Shown: positions 40,756 to 51,517 of the stretch, in pieces
Layout of the letters: each line of letters starts with the position of its first letter
Position numbering within the stretch: position 1 is the first letter of the stretch
Assembly: GCA_008690995.1 (NCBI GenBank)
Contig: VRMN01000003.1
Coordinates: 1,860,001-1,924,000, forward strand
Reading direction: 5' to 3'
Source of the DNA: Porphyridium purpureum
Taxonomy: Eukaryota
DNA length: 64,000 nt
Notes under the pieces: model-generated
The model's input: the letters and a program-made list of their open reading frames with translations, nothing else
What the model was told of the DNA's origin: nothing
Database searches by the model: none
Program-made: the position numbers and the translations under genes

Positions 40756-43584
40756 ATGGGCGTCAAGGACAAGGACAAAGCAGATGGATCGGCGTCCGGC
40801 TCGGCGTTGCCCAGCAAGGAGGCCGCGTTGTTCCGGAGCATGGTGAAGATGTATGAGATGAAGCAGTACAAGAAGGCTCTCAAAGCTGCTGATCAGATTC
40901 TCAGGAAGGTTCCGGCGCATGGTGAGACGCTCGCCATGAAGGGGCTGGTGTGGTCCAGTCTCGGGCCAGAGAATAAGAGCGAAGCATATGATATGGTTCG
41001 CGCGGGCCTCAGAGCTGATCTGAGATCCCACGTATGCTGGCATGTGTACGGTTTGCTCTATCGAGCAGATCGCGATTACAAGGAGGCGTCCAAGGCATAC
41101 TTGCAGGCGCTGCGCATCGATAAGGACAACATGCAGATTCTCCGGGATCTTGCGCTGCTACAGGTGCAATGCCGCGACTTTGAAGGCTTTGAAAGCACGC
41201 GCAGAAAACTGCTCACCGTCAAGCCGAATCAAAACGCAAACTGGATTGCCTTTGCTTTGGCGCACCAGCTGAATGAGAACCACGCCGACGCCGTGCAGGT
41301 GTTGAACACATACGAAGGTACGCTCAAGGACACGAGTTCGCAAGAATCCATGTTCCCGTACGAGGCCTCGGAGCTGGCAATGTACAAACACATGCTGCTC
41401 TTTGAAAGCAAGGAGTATGAAAAGGCTCTGCAGCATCTAGAGCAGAACGAAGACAAGGTTGTGGACAAGCTGGGCTGGACAGAGGCCCGAGCGCAGTCAC
41501 TAGCCATGCTGGAGCGGTACGATGAGGCCGAAGCGGCTTATCGAACTTTGTTGCACCGTAATCCTGAAAATAAGACGTACATAGCAAGACTCGCCGACAT
41601 TATGGTCACTCGAAACAGAATACACGCCAGTCAGGCCGGCAATGAGGCTGTGACAAAGTCAGAGTCAGAACTTTATGTAGAGCTGTGCGATGCGTTGAGC
41701 GTGACATACCCAGAGGCGCTGAGCTTTCGTCGCCTCGCGCTAGAGCACACAGACGGTGACGACTTTCTGAGGCGCGCAGACGTTCTTGTTCGTCGCTTTT
41801 TGTACAAAGGTGTTCCTTCCTTATTTTCCATGTTCAAATCGATTTACAGAGATCAGCCTCACAAGGCGCAGCTTCTGGGAGGTCTGTTCGAGTCGTACGC
41901 TGCGCATTTAAACTCCAACAGCACGGCATCACTGCCTCCGTTCAAAGGTTCCGCCTACGTGGACGCGAATGGCAGTGCGAACAGCAGCGATGGAGCCAAG
42001 GAAGACAACGTGTCAGAAGCAAAATTGCAAGATTTGACACTGTGGGTGGACTACTTTTTGGTGCAGCATTACGTGGCGCTTGGTCAGCATGAAAGAGCGC
42101 TACAACTTGTCAACGACGCTCTCCTGCGGACGCCGTCCAGTATTGAGCTCTTGCTGGTAAAAGGTCGCGTGCTGAAGGTCGTGGGCGATGTAAATGCGGC
42201 CGTGAGTGCGCTGAACGCCGCGCGCAAGCTTGATCTTGCCGATCGATACCTCAACCATAAGTGTGCGAAGTATGCCATGCGAGCGAACCGCGTTGATCTT
42301 GCCGAGCAATGGATCGGGTTATTTACGCGCGAGGGCGATATCCCGCCTGTGCAGGCAATGTACGAAATGCAGTGTCTGTGGTTTGAACTCGAAAGCGGCG
42401 CAGCGTTCCTGCGCCGGGGCCTGACTGCAAGAGCCTTGAAGCGCTTTATCGCGGTGGATCGCCACTTTGCAGACTTCATTGAGGACCAATTTGATTTCCA
42501 CAACTACTGCGTTCGCAAAATGACGCTCCGCAGTTATGTGCAGGTGCTACGACTCGAAGATCACATTAAGGATCACCATGGTTATATGGCCGCGATGCGT
42601 GCGCTTGTGAGGCTTTTCCTTCGTCTCGCTGATCAGCCTCTCGAAGAGCAGCTGAAGAGCAAAATGTCGCTCATGGAAGCAGAGCTCGAGAAAATGACCG
42701 CGGCTGACCGGAAAAAGGCGCTGGCAAAGCGGAAAAAGGCTGAGGCCAAAGAAAAGACCACGGAGAAAGACAAGGAGGATGTTTCAAAAGCGGCGAGTGG
42801 AACCGGAAAGAAGGGCGATGAAGATTCGGTCGCCGGTGGAAAGAAGAAGCCGGGCAGCGCCGTGAGGCAGCCTGGCTGGATGGAAACGGACCCGGACGGC
42901 GTTGAGCTGCTGCGCAGCGTCGGCGATTTTGTGGAAGAGGCCCACAAGTATGCAAACGAGCTGGACCGTTGGGCGCCGAGAGAGCTCGAGACGCAGGTGC
43001 TCGTGTTCGACGTCGCGTTGCGTCGAAAGAAAGTGCTTGTGGCTGCGCGGGCGTACAAGCGCGCGCAGACAATCTGTAGAAGCAGCGAGGCCTTGGAGCT
43101 CGTGTGCATGGCCATCCATCTGCTCAGAGTCAGTGAGGCAGCGAGCTGGAAGCCGGTACTCAGCGCGCTTCCTGCGGAAGTGTCTGATGTGTTTCAAAAT
43201 GTTGTCGAAGAGATCCGGGGACAGACTGGAGTCAGCAGCGCGCTGGAGTACGCGCAGAAAGCGGCGACTCGTCAAACAAAGGCGTCAAGTGGCGAGGGCA
43301 TCAGTGTTGATGATCAGCTCATGCTTGCTCGGGCGCTACTCAAGATGTGCCGCACAGACGACGATTGGGCACGCGATGCGCGCCCGATGGCCGTTGGCCT
43401 GCTGCTTGAGTGGCCGAAAGATGGCGCGTCAGGCCCTTGTCTTCGCACGTGCGAGGAACTCTATTTGAACGAGCAGGAGCTTGCACTTGGCGCGGACGAT
43501 AAGCAACGGTATGTGCAATTATGCCTCGAACGGTTTCCGCGCGCCAACGTATTTGGCGGTGGCGACAAGGAGATTGTTATGTAG
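40756..43584 (+). CDS. NAA15: N-alpha-acetyltransferase NatA auxiliary subunit
   Basis: LPSKEAALFR..YEMKQYKK, HGETLAMKGL, SHVCWHVYGL, LRDLALLQ, KGVPSLF, LDLADRYLN, EDQFDFHNYCVRKMTLRSYV. Confidence 0.97.
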   Translation: MGVKDKDKADGSASGSALPSKEAALFRSMVKMYEMKQYKKALKAADQILRKVPAHGETLAMKGLVWSSLGPENKSEAYDMVRAGLRADLRSHVCWHVYGLLYRADRDYKEASKAYLQALRIDKDNMQILRDLALLQVQCRDFEGFESTRRKLLTVKPNQNANWIAFALAHQLNENHADAVQVLNTYEGTLKDTSSQESMFPYEASELAMYKHMLLFESKEYEKALQHLEQNEDKVVDKLGWTEARAQSLAMLERYDEAEAAYRTLLHRNPENKTYIARLADIMVTRNRIHASQAGNEAVTKSESELYVELCDALSVTYPEALSFRRLALEHTDGDDFLRRADVLVRRFLYKGVPSLFSMFKSIYRDQPHKAQLLGGLFESYAAHLNSNSTASLPPFKGSAYVDANGSANSSDGAKEDNVSEAKLQDLTLWVDYFLVQHYVALGQHERALQLVNDALLRTPSSIELLLVKGRVLKVVGDVNAAVSALNAARKLDLADRYLNHKCAKYAMRANRVDLAEQWIGLFTREGDIPPVQAMYEMQCLWFELESGAAFLRRGLTARALKRFIAVDRHFADFIEDQFDFHNYCVRKMTLRSYVQVLRLEDHIKDHHGYMAAMRALVRLFLRLADQPLEEQLKSKMSLMEAELEKMTAADRKKALAKRKKAEAKEKTTEKDKEDVSKAASGTGKKGDEDSVAGGKKKPGSAVRQPGWMETDPDGVELLRSVGDFVEEAHKYANELDRWAPRELETQVLVFDVALRRKKVLVAARAYKRAQTICRSSEALELVCMAIHLLRVSEAASWKPVLSALPAEVSDVFQNVVEEIRGQTGVSSALEYAQKAATRQTKASSGEGISVDDQLMLARALLKMCRTDDDWARDARPMAVGLLLEWPKDGASGPCLRTCEELYLNEQELALGADDKQRYVQLCLERFPRANVFGGGDKEIVM

Positions 43585-43786
43585 AGTAGAAATGCCTTTC
43601 CTAAATCTTCCCGGTAGGTAGTTTAGACGAAACAGGCTCGTCGTGCGGGATGTCTCAGTGCAGGATAGAAACTGGTTCCCTGCACGCACTCAACCTAGGT
43701 TTGGCCAAGGCTGATGGAGTTGAAACGAGCATGTTGTTCCAAACCACACGGCAAGCTGCTGAACAAACTAGTCAGGCCGCGGCCAT

Positions 43787-44521
43787 CTACAATGCGGGCG
43801 TTCCGTCGAATTCGGCTATCAATTCGTCGAGACGTGGCTGAACTCTCTCTCGCTCAGGCTCACTCAAGCGGTCAATGTACAAAACCCCTTCCAAATGGTC
43901 GTACTCGTGCTGAAACACAATAGCTTCCCAGCCCGTGTACTTCACCTTGAACTTCTTTCCGTTCGGCTTTTGCGCCTCAACTTTAATCCACACACTGCGG
44001 TCGACCTTGCCGCCCATTCCTGGAAACGACAGGCACGCTTCGTCACCGAGCTCCGTTTTACCAGACTGTTCCACAATGCGTGGGTTGACGAGCGCGACCT
44101 CACTCAGCCAAGCCGCAGCGTCACCCTTAGGATTGAACACCATGACTCGCTTGTTGACGCCCACTTGCGGTGCCGCGAGTCCCACGCCTCGGGACGCGTA
44201 CATTACCTTGAACATCTGCTTCGTCAGTTCAACAAGTTCCCTATCAAATTCGGTCACAAGCGCATTCTCTGCGCGCAGAATGGGACTCGGGTATTTCACA
44301 ATCTGTAGCGAAGTACCAGGCACCACCCCCGGGTCCACCTCGAGCTCAATCTCCACCTGTTCTTTCGCATTCATGGCCAGCGCGGAACGCGCCCTCGTAC
44401 CGCAGCGTCCTCCCGGACGCCTGCCGGAGCTGGCCGCATACGGATGCGCGCACCTTTGATGCCGCGTCTCGCGCGGGGCGGTCGCCGTTACGCACCAACC
44501 TCCCACAGGAAGAAATGCCAT
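43787..44521 (-). CDS. def: Peptide deformylase (plastid, PDF1B-like)
   Basis: GVGLAAPQVG, EACLS, FQHEYDHL; MAF.. transit peptide. Confidence 0.96.
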   Translation of the reverse strand: MAFLPVGGWCVTATAPRETRHQRCAHPYAASSGRRPGGRCGTRARSALAMNAKEQVEIELEVDPGVVPGTSLQIVKYPSPILRAENALVTEFDRELVELTKQMFKVMYASRGVGLAAPQVGVNKRVMVFNPKGDAAAWLSEVALVNPRIVEQSGKTELGDEACLSFPGMGGKVDRSVWIKVEAQKPNGKKFKVKYTGWEAIVFQHEYDHLEGVLYIDRLSEPERERVQPRLDELIAEFDGTPAL

Positions 44522-44671
44522 CTGTACCTGCTGCTCCTTGTCCGCGACCCGTGTCGTCTGTCACTGCTCCCTTGCCCCCAGGGTGTACCAAAGCTGACCT
44601 TGAAGTGTGCGGCGTCGCGGGCAAAGGTGGGTGAAAGGAAGGTTGCGTGGTGATGCCATGTGAATAGAGTG

Positions 44672-47140
44672 ATGTCGGACCCGCGTCGAAGGATGTCAAA
44701 GCCGCGTGCGGCTGCGGCCGCGCGCGGTCCTGCGGCTGCGGCCGCGACGGCGGCAGCGACGACACCGCAGCGCCAGGTGGTCAAGTCGCAGGCAGAGAAG
44801 GACCGGGAATATGCAGAGCACAACGTCAATGTTGGCGTTCCGGACGCTGTGATGACGACCGCTGGAATAAAGTCATTCGTTGCCATGCTGAGCGAGTGGA
44901 GAGGTCTTGTCGAAGTCAATCGAGTGGTGCAAAGGTTCGTAGATGGGGACGAGATCGGAAACGGGTACCAAGCGTATCAAGCGAAATGCAAGATTGTGTC
45001 CGACGTGCTCTGCAGGGTGATCCAAGAGAAGGACGCCATTTCAACAGCCGAAGCGCAACAGAAGATTGATGAAATTGGGCAGAAGAAAATAGAGGAAATC
45101 GCTTTCAATGAAATTGAAGCCATTGCTCGCAGGCGCGGAAAACCGTATCGAGAGAAGGCAGTGAAAAGGCTCGACGAGCTGTTTCTTTTACCAGAAAGAA
45201 GGGAGTTCTATGACCGCCTCGTGAAGCTTTGCTACCCAGACCACTCTGAGCTCTTCAAAAGTATGGCTAAACTGCTGCCAGAGAGCCAGTTTGCCAGGGC
45301 GATTGTGCGTGACGGTGAACGTATACGCGAACGCGACAGAGTCAAGCGGGAAAGAACTGAGAGCGGTCATGACGCGCAAGAATCCGTTTTACATGATAAA
45401 AAGCGGCATGTGCCTGCGTCGCGTATGGCACTGAAAGAGGCGTCGAGTCGTTTCAGAAAGGAAATTGGTTGTTGTCGAACACCGACTGATGTGGCCAACA
45501 TTCCCACGACTCTGATGGAGTGGGGGCTGCGCATGTATGAAACAAATACTCAGGAACCCACGCAATTTCCTCAGGCGCTATCCACACCCACATTCATGAC
45601 GCAAATCGACTTGCTCATTCGCGAGACGATTTCCATGAAGTCAGGTGTCGACGGCCGCGCTGCATTGGTCCTTGTGCGTGTCTTTTGTGCAGCAGCAGCT
45701 CGCTTACGAAAGATGGCTGCAGATGGAGGGAATGATGCAGACTTTTTCGCAAGCGCAGCTTCGTTCATCAACCTATTGGCCCATCGAAGTGCCAGAGGCC
45801 TGTTCTTGAGCCCGAGGCCTCCCGGTCTTCATTTACGGGCCAGCCTTTCTCCCAGCGTCGAATGGGGTGCTCATTTTGGTGAACTGGCGTTATTTTTGTG
45901 TTGTGCAAGAGCCGGGACGATTGAAATTTATGACACTGGAGCTCTGTGCCTCGTAAACGCTGCTGTGCAGGCACGCAACTTGTTGGACCCGCCGTTGAAT
46001 GGGCGAGTACTTTTCGCGCACGAATTTGGGCCTACGTCTGAGTATGCATGCATAGCTCATCCGCGCACAAGCGATTCGAAGAGTCTGTCGCAATCGATGG
46101 CAAAGGAACCGAACTCAATGAATGCAGAGTCTGTTGGACATGATAGCAGTCGCTTAATCTACACTTTTGAGCGCGAAATGTATGCGGTTGTACCTGAAGC
46201 GCTGCAATTGTTGCAGAAAGAGTTCGACAGGCAATCAAGCGAGCGGGAAGCAAAACGTCTTCTCGAACTGCCGGGCGTGCGAGAGGCTCTGGTGTGGCTT
46301 GCATTTAGACCTCATTGTGACGACGATGTTGCCATAGATTTGGACAGTACGCACAGTGCTTCTGACTCGGAATCAGTTCTTTCTGTAGACGCTGAAACAG
46401 CCATCAGGATGCTAGGCTTGTGGTATCCAGGAGGTCGGGCAAGGCAGGAGTTCATGTTCAATTTTCGGGCCGCCGTTCAATTGTCCTGCGTTACGATCAG
46501 GAGCGACTTTCAGCTGAGAAAGGTAAAGCAGCACCAGAACGGGCTGCTTACTTTGGCGACGAGCTCGGCGCTGATCGCGCTCGGAGTGCTTTTTTGGCTG
46601 CAACGATGCGTGGCACGTCTGAGCCATCAAGGAGATCTGACTGGATACTCGGTCCAGCGTGTGAATGATATGATCGTACGGATTCTGTCTACTTTCCCGG
46701 GTCTGTGTGAGCATGGGCTGACTGTGATACGTGTCGGTATACAGAAGGGGCATGCGCGAGGCACGAGTCCGTCGCGTGTGTTCAGATTTCGCAGGATGTT
46801 CATTCACATGCTTGCGATATTCTGCACCGCGAATCCGGCGGCGGCTTGCCTTGGCATGCGACTGGTAAAGAGGTGCGAAGCAGAGGGCTTGGACAGAAGA
46901 CTTGCGCTCACCTTTGTTGAAATGCTTGTTGAGGGTTTGCTGCCGAACAACGATCGCATCCAGGAGTTTACGTTGAAGCAGTACCTGTACGACACTGTCA
47001 GTGCGAAAAGTGTCGATCCGTTCAGACAGAAACTCGACAACGCGGTGCAAAGGTGGCTTGCGCGCCGCACGTTTCAGGTCCAGAGGAGCGTGTCTGATGT
47101 ACAGAACCTGCCTGATACCGGTGCGCCAGAAATTCCTTGA
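44672..47140 (+). CDS. Negative elongation factor C/D (TH1)-like protein
   Basis: Ordered matches by eye to TH1 motifs: PDAVM, LLELPGVREALVWLAFRP, IALGVLFWLQRCV, FRRMFIHML, LDRRLALTFVEML. Confidence 0.6.
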   Translation: MSDPRRRMSKPRAAAAARGPAAAAATAAATTPQRQVVKSQAEKDREYAEHNVNVGVPDAVMTTAGIKSFVAMLSEWRGLVEVNRVVQRFVDGDEIGNGYQAYQAKCKIVSDVLCRVIQEKDAISTAEAQQKIDEIGQKKIEEIAFNEIEAIARRRGKPYREKAVKRLDELFLLPERREFYDRLVKLCYPDHSELFKSMAKLLPESQFARAIVRDGERIRERDRVKRERTESGHDAQESVLHDKKRHVPASRMALKEASSRFRKEIGCCRTPTDVANIPTTLMEWGLRMYETNTQEPTQFPQALSTPTFMTQIDLLIRETISMKSGVDGRAALVLVRVFCAAAARLRKMAADGGNDADFFASAASFINLLAHRSARGLFLSPRPPGLHLRASLSPSVEWGAHFGELALFLCCARAGTIEIYDTGALCLVNAAVQARNLLDPPLNGRVLFAHEFGPTSEYACIAHPRTSDSKSLSQSMAKEPNSMNAESVGHDSSRLIYTFEREMYAVVPEALQLLQKEFDRQSSEREAKRLLELPGVREALVWLAFRPHCDDDVAIDLDSTHSASDSESVLSVDAETAIRMLGLWYPGGRARQEFMFNFRAAVQLSCVTIRSDFQLRKVKQHQNGLLTLATSSALIALGVLFWLQRCVARLSHQGDLTGYSVQRVNDMIVRILSTFPGLCEHGLTVIRVGIQKGHARGTSPSRVFRFRRMFIHMLAIFCTANPAAACLGMRLVKRCEAEGLDRRLALTFVEMLVEGLLPNNDRIQEFTLKQYLYDTVSAKSVDPFRQKLDNAVQRWLARRTFQVQRSVSDVQNLPDTGAPEIP

Positions 47141-47281
47141 GGGGTTTTCCGGCCCCTTCCAGTCCAAGGGCAGAACGCGTGCACTGCGGCAGCCGACATT
47201 GTGACCAGATTATCACGCGGCGAAAGTGGTCTCAACGAGCGGTCGATTTATTTCATGGTTCCGCCTCGCGTACTCCTCCTT

Positions 47282-48331
47282 CTACCGAATTAATGAAAAG
47301 AACTCTGCGCGCCTGTCGCGCTCCGAACGAAACACGCCGCGCATGGCCGTGGTCACCGTGCTGGCACCAGACTTCTTCACGCCACGCATCACCATGCACA
47401 TATGTTGTGCTTCAATATGCACGGCGACGCCCTTGGGTCGAATCTCTTCCTCGATCGCGTCCGCAATCTGCGACGTCAGCCGTTCCTGTACCTGCAAGCG
47501 CTGAGCGAATGTGTCCGCAATCTTGGCGAGCTTGCTCAATCCAACCACCTTGCCATTTGGGATGTACGCGATGCAGCACTTGCCGTAAAAGGGCACTAAG
47601 TGGTGCTCGCACAGCGAGTAGATATCGATACCTCGCAGCAGTACCAGTTCATGGTGATCCTCATCAAACTCTGCCGAGCCCAGAATCTGGGCGGGGCTCT
47701 CGCTGTACCCGCTGGTAAAACTAAGCATCGCCTCTGCAAACCGCAAAGGCGTCTTGAGCAGCCCTTCGCGGTCCGCGTCCTCGCCAATTGTGGTCAGGAT
47801 CGTGCGTACCGCAGCCGCGATCCTGCGTCTCTTCTCCTCGTGTCCGAGCACCAGCGCCGCGCTGCTTTCATCCTCTGTGTTCGTGGCGACCTCGTCACGC
47901 TCTCGCTTGCGTGACAGCACCTGGCTGCTCTGCTTCTGTACGGGCAGCTCCATCGATGCCTTTGCAGCATCAAGCGCCCTGCTCGCGCTCAGCAAAGGCT
48001 CCTGCGTCTCCGCCGACGAGGCGGCCTGAGGCTTGATGGCCGGCCGGCCGTCCACGTCATTCTCGTCGTTGTCGTTTTCGTCTTGGGACATGGACAGCGA
48101 CGGCGACACGGTCGATGCGTCCACGGCTGGTAGCGGCGGGTGTGAGCTACTTGGCGATACCACGTCATTCTCCTGCAGACGCCCGGCGTCATCCGCCGCG
48201 TCGGCCAATGCGCACTGCGAGCACGGCGTCCTGCTGCACTTGCTGCATTGCGTCTTGCTGGGCTTCTTCCCATTCATGACGTGGAGGTTCTTCAGCAGGC
48301 TCTCGCGGCCATGCTCGGCCCCCGCGTCCAT
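47282..48331 (-). CDS. GCH1: GTP cyclohydrolase I (single-domain type) with long N-terminal extension
   Basis: [55 protein letters not shown]. Start placed at MDAG; uncertain. Confidence 0.95.
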   Translation of the reverse strand: MDAGAEHGRESLLKNLHVMNGKKPSKTQCSKCSRTPCSQCALADAADDAGRLQENDVVSPSSSHPPLPAVDASTVSPSLSMSQDENDNDENDVDGRPAIKPQAASSAETQEPLLSASRALDAAKASMELPVQKQSSQVLSRKRERDEVATNTEDESSAALVLGHEEKRRRIAAAVRTILTTIGEDADREGLLKTPLRFAEAMLSFTSGYSESPAQILGSAEFDEDHHELVLLRGIDIYSLCEHHLVPFYGKCCIAYIPNGKVVGLSKLAKIADTFAQRLQVQERLTSQIADAIEEEIRPKGVAVHIEAQHMCMVMRGVKKSGASTVTTAMRGVFRSERDRRAEFFSLIR

Positions 48332-48778
48332 CCTCAGCTTCGCGTCCACTTGACAGCCACGCGCCACGCCCCCGACCTCAGCGCGCAGCAGCTTCCGCGG
48401 CACGCACTCCGCTCCTCGCCGCCGCACTTCTTGCATCCACTTCCCGGCCGCCCGCAAAAATTCAACTCGCTGTTCTTTCCCCGCAGCGCCAAGACCACGG
48501 TCTCAATCCACGAAACCCACCCACTTGCTGACGCGACGCACGTTCTGGCCGGACCTGCGCAGTGGAATCGGAGCTTTACCTGGCCACGTCCTTTCCCACC
48601 CGCCAAACCTCGACAACCGCACTGCCCTTCCCGCCGCTGCTCATCTGTCTGCACGCTTCTATCCTCCCCGTCTCCAACCCACCCACCTCACCACCCCCTC
48701 TGTCCTTTCTCCCCCTTCCTCTTCGCACGACTCACGCACTCTCATCACCATCCACGCCGGCCACTTCACCTCCCTCTT

Positions 48779-48813
48779 ACTACTACCACTACTACCACTA
48801 CTACTACTACTAC
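48779..48813. repeat. (CTA/CCA)n trinucleotide microsatellite
   Basis: actactaccactactaccactactactactactacc run. Confidence 0.8.
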
Positions 48814-48929
48814 CACCTTCTATCACAACAACCCGCTTTACTAGACAAACATGCGCACAGTACTCTACATCGATCGACTCACCAAGCCGCATCCCACTTA
48901 TACTAATAACACCACCCACCTACATACAA

Positions 48930-48957
<28 letters not shown>
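48930..48957. repeat. (CA)n microsatellite
   Basis: Perfect AC run of about 13 units. Confidence 0.9.
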
Positions 48958-48960
<3 letters not shown>

Positions 48961-49783
48961 CCTCACAATAAGAAACGGGGCGTCGGCAGTCGTCCGTGCA
49001 CTGTACCTTATTCGCACTGTACTTTACGACTTCTGGTTCGTCCAAGCCCACGGGTTTGTTATGACACACACACGTGCAGAAGAAGTGATGTGGTTAGTTA
49101 GAAGGGTTTGGGTTGACGCGTGGAAGGCGCGACCATGGCAAACATGAAAAGCGGTGTGTAGCAACAACGCAACTCACATGCTTGCGTGCGGAACGGCGTG
49201 TTGTGCGGTGGTGGACGGAACTATCCGAGTTCTCGGCTGCGACACTGTGTAACTAAGAAGAACACGAAGAACAAGGACAGTGACTGACGACAGCACGCGC
49301 GCGCATGCGGTAAGGTTCTGTGGTGTCCGCAGTACCTCATTTCTGCCATGTCGTCGAATCGTCGTGACATGACGCAGCGTCGCAACTTTCTGGTTTGGTG
49401 CGGCGGTTCTGTGATAAAGTACAGTGCGTGAGTTTCCCACACCCCCCCCCCCCCCTTCCAAATCTGTTTTGGTGACAGAAAGAGACAAACAAGGCGGTCG
49501 ATGAGAATCACTGTACTCTCATTGAAGGAGCTGGATTTTGTATGCAAGGGCGCGCGGGGGGTGAAGGAAGGAGGGGAGTGGTTGGTCTTGTGCTTTTATG
49601 TTTGCATGGGCGAGTGACACGAGAGAGACAGAGAGACAGAGTGTGTGCGTGTGCGTGTGCATGTGTGTGTGGGGTTGGGAGGGTGAAGATCGGTGGGGTT
49701 AGGGGCAGAGTGTGGAGAGAGAGAGAGAGGGGGAGGGTGGGCAGGAAGGAGAGGAACGGTGGTGGTGGTTTGGCGGCCTGTGT

Positions 49784-51517
49784 ATGGAGGAGCCGCCGGT
49801 CGCGCGCTTGAAGCGCGTGCTGTCTCCGCGCGCGCCGGGCTGCGCGTCCGCGGCTGGGGCGACTGCGAGCGCCGTGCATGCGTGTGAGGTGGATGAGCTC
49901 GCCAGCAGGCACGCGGGGGTCGTGCATGCGTCCAGCGGGGCGACGGACGCGGTGAAGGGCAGCCATATGCATGCGCTGAGCGAGTCTTTGACGTGTCTGG
50001 CAAACACCGCCGCCGCCGCCGCCGCCGCGACGAGGGATGATCTTTTTGCCTCGGACGCACCGCCGTCCGCGTCCCCGGCGAGTGCATGGAAGCGACGCGC
50101 CATGCTGCCTCATGCAAGGCCGGCTCTGTCCCTGGCATCCGCGCAGAATTCCGAAGCACAACCTCCGCTGCCTCTGTCAGGTTCATGCGCACCGCCGTCG
50201 GAACCTTCGGCACGGCGCATCGCATCGTTCCGTCGGCAGATTCCAGCCGTTCCGGTGATAGATCCGCTTTTTGTTCCCTTTGGCCAGCCAACGCCGCCTC
50301 GGGATGAAACGCAGCAGGTGGGGTCGCCCGCGGAGTCCGAAGGGGCCTGGATGATGGACACGGACATGCTTGCGAGATGTGCGTTGACGCCTGCCGTCGC
50401 CACGTCGTCTCATCTTCCTGACAATGCTTTACTCTCAGACCAAATCGATGCTGCCGTGCCGCAGAGTGCGTCGGGCACATCCATTGAATGCCTACCCGAG
50501 GACGCACTCATCAACGTGCTCCGCCACCTTCCGCACATTCGCGACGTGCTGCGCGCGCGCTCGGTTTGCCGCCCGTGGCGCGATCTGATAGATTCCAACG
50601 CTGTCATTTTCAGCGAATCATCGTTCAGAGGCGTCAAGTTTCACCGGCGCGTCAAGCTTGTGCTCGAGCCTTCGTTGCGCCTTCCCAAACAAGTGCGGAA
50701 CGGCACCCGCGGCGCGCTCTCCATTCAGAATGCGCGGCAACGAGATCGGCACCAGAACGCGCGCATTATTTTGGAAGAACCCGCGGGGAAGCATGTCGTG
50801 CAGTGCGCCCGTCGGGGTGGCAACCTGGTAGCAGCTCTGCTCTACTCGGTATTCTTTGAACGATATCGGGTGAGCGTGGTGACTCTTTCCTTGAACGCCG
50901 CGCTCTCTCTTCTAGAGCCCCAGCAGCAGCGATGCGCTGCTGGGTCACCGATGACTGCTTCCAGAGCAACGTCGCCAAAAGGATTGAGGCGCTTGCATTG
51001 TGCGTGGCTTGTTCCGCACCCGCAGTGGGTTGCCCTCCACGTCTCTCGGTCTGCATGGGCGCAACAAGGTACGGAACGGCAGACAACCGACAGGAACTCA
51101 GTGACCGACTCGTTCATATCAGACTTTGAAACTTCCTCACCGCATGACGCCCGCGGCTCTATTCTGGGACTGGTTCTCGTGACGTCCTGTGTCGACCGCT
51201 TTACCAGCTCGGACGGTCGTACCGAAAGAAGGCCGCACGTGCCGGACAGAGAAGCAAATGGAAGCCTTCTTCGGACACGAAATGATGATTCACATACTCA
51301 GCCCTCGGTCGAAAACCATGTGGGTGGCTCACATCCTGTTGATTCTGTTTCCGCGGACCTGAGCACGACCAGTGCTCGCTTCGAATGGCGCGTTGGCGCG
51401 GCTTTACGCTTTGATAAGGCGCTCATCTGTGCTGGTCACCGAGGCTTGAGGAAGCTGAACAACGAAATGAGCGAGATGATCGTCCAAATGCCTAGCGAGC
51501 TCGAGTGGTTCGCATGA
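49784..51517 (+). CDS. F-box protein with C-terminal ASCH-like domain
   Basis: F-box LPEDALINVLRHLP..VLRARSVCRPWRDLI. ASCH-like WVALH, RGSILGLVLVTSCV, FEWRV..RFDKALICAGHRGL. Confidence 0.8.
   Translation: MEEPPVARLKRVLSPRAPGCASAAGATASAVHACEVDELASRHAGVVHASSGATDAVKGSHMHALSESLTCLANTAAAAAAATRDDLFASDAPPSASPASAWKRRAMLPHARPALSLASAQNSEAQPPLPLSGSCAPPSEPSARRIASFRRQIPAVPVIDPLFVPFGQPTPPRDETQQVGSPAESEGAWMMDTDMLARCALTPAVATSSHLPDNALLSDQIDAAVPQSASGTSIECLPEDALINVLRHLPHIRDVLRARSVCRPWRDLIDSNAVIFSESSFRGVKFHRRVKLVLEPSLRLPKQVRNGTRGALSIQNARQRDRHQNARIILEEPAGKHVVQCARRGGNLVAALLYSVFFERYRVSVVTLSLNAALSLLEPQQQRCAAGSPMTASRATSPKGLRRLHCAWLVPHPQWVALHVSRSAWAQQGTERQTTDRNSVTDSFISDFETSSPHDARGSILGLVLVTSCVDRFTSSDGRTERRPHVPDREANGSLLRTRNDDSHTQPSVENHVGGSHPVDSVSADLSTTSARFEWRVGAALRFDKALICAGHRGLRKLNNEMSEMIVQMPSELEWFA

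Noticed and set aside
40756..44521. Adjacency of NAA15 and peptide deformylase as an N-terminal-processing cluster
   Set aside because: They act in different compartments and are convergently oriented; no evidence beyond coincidence.
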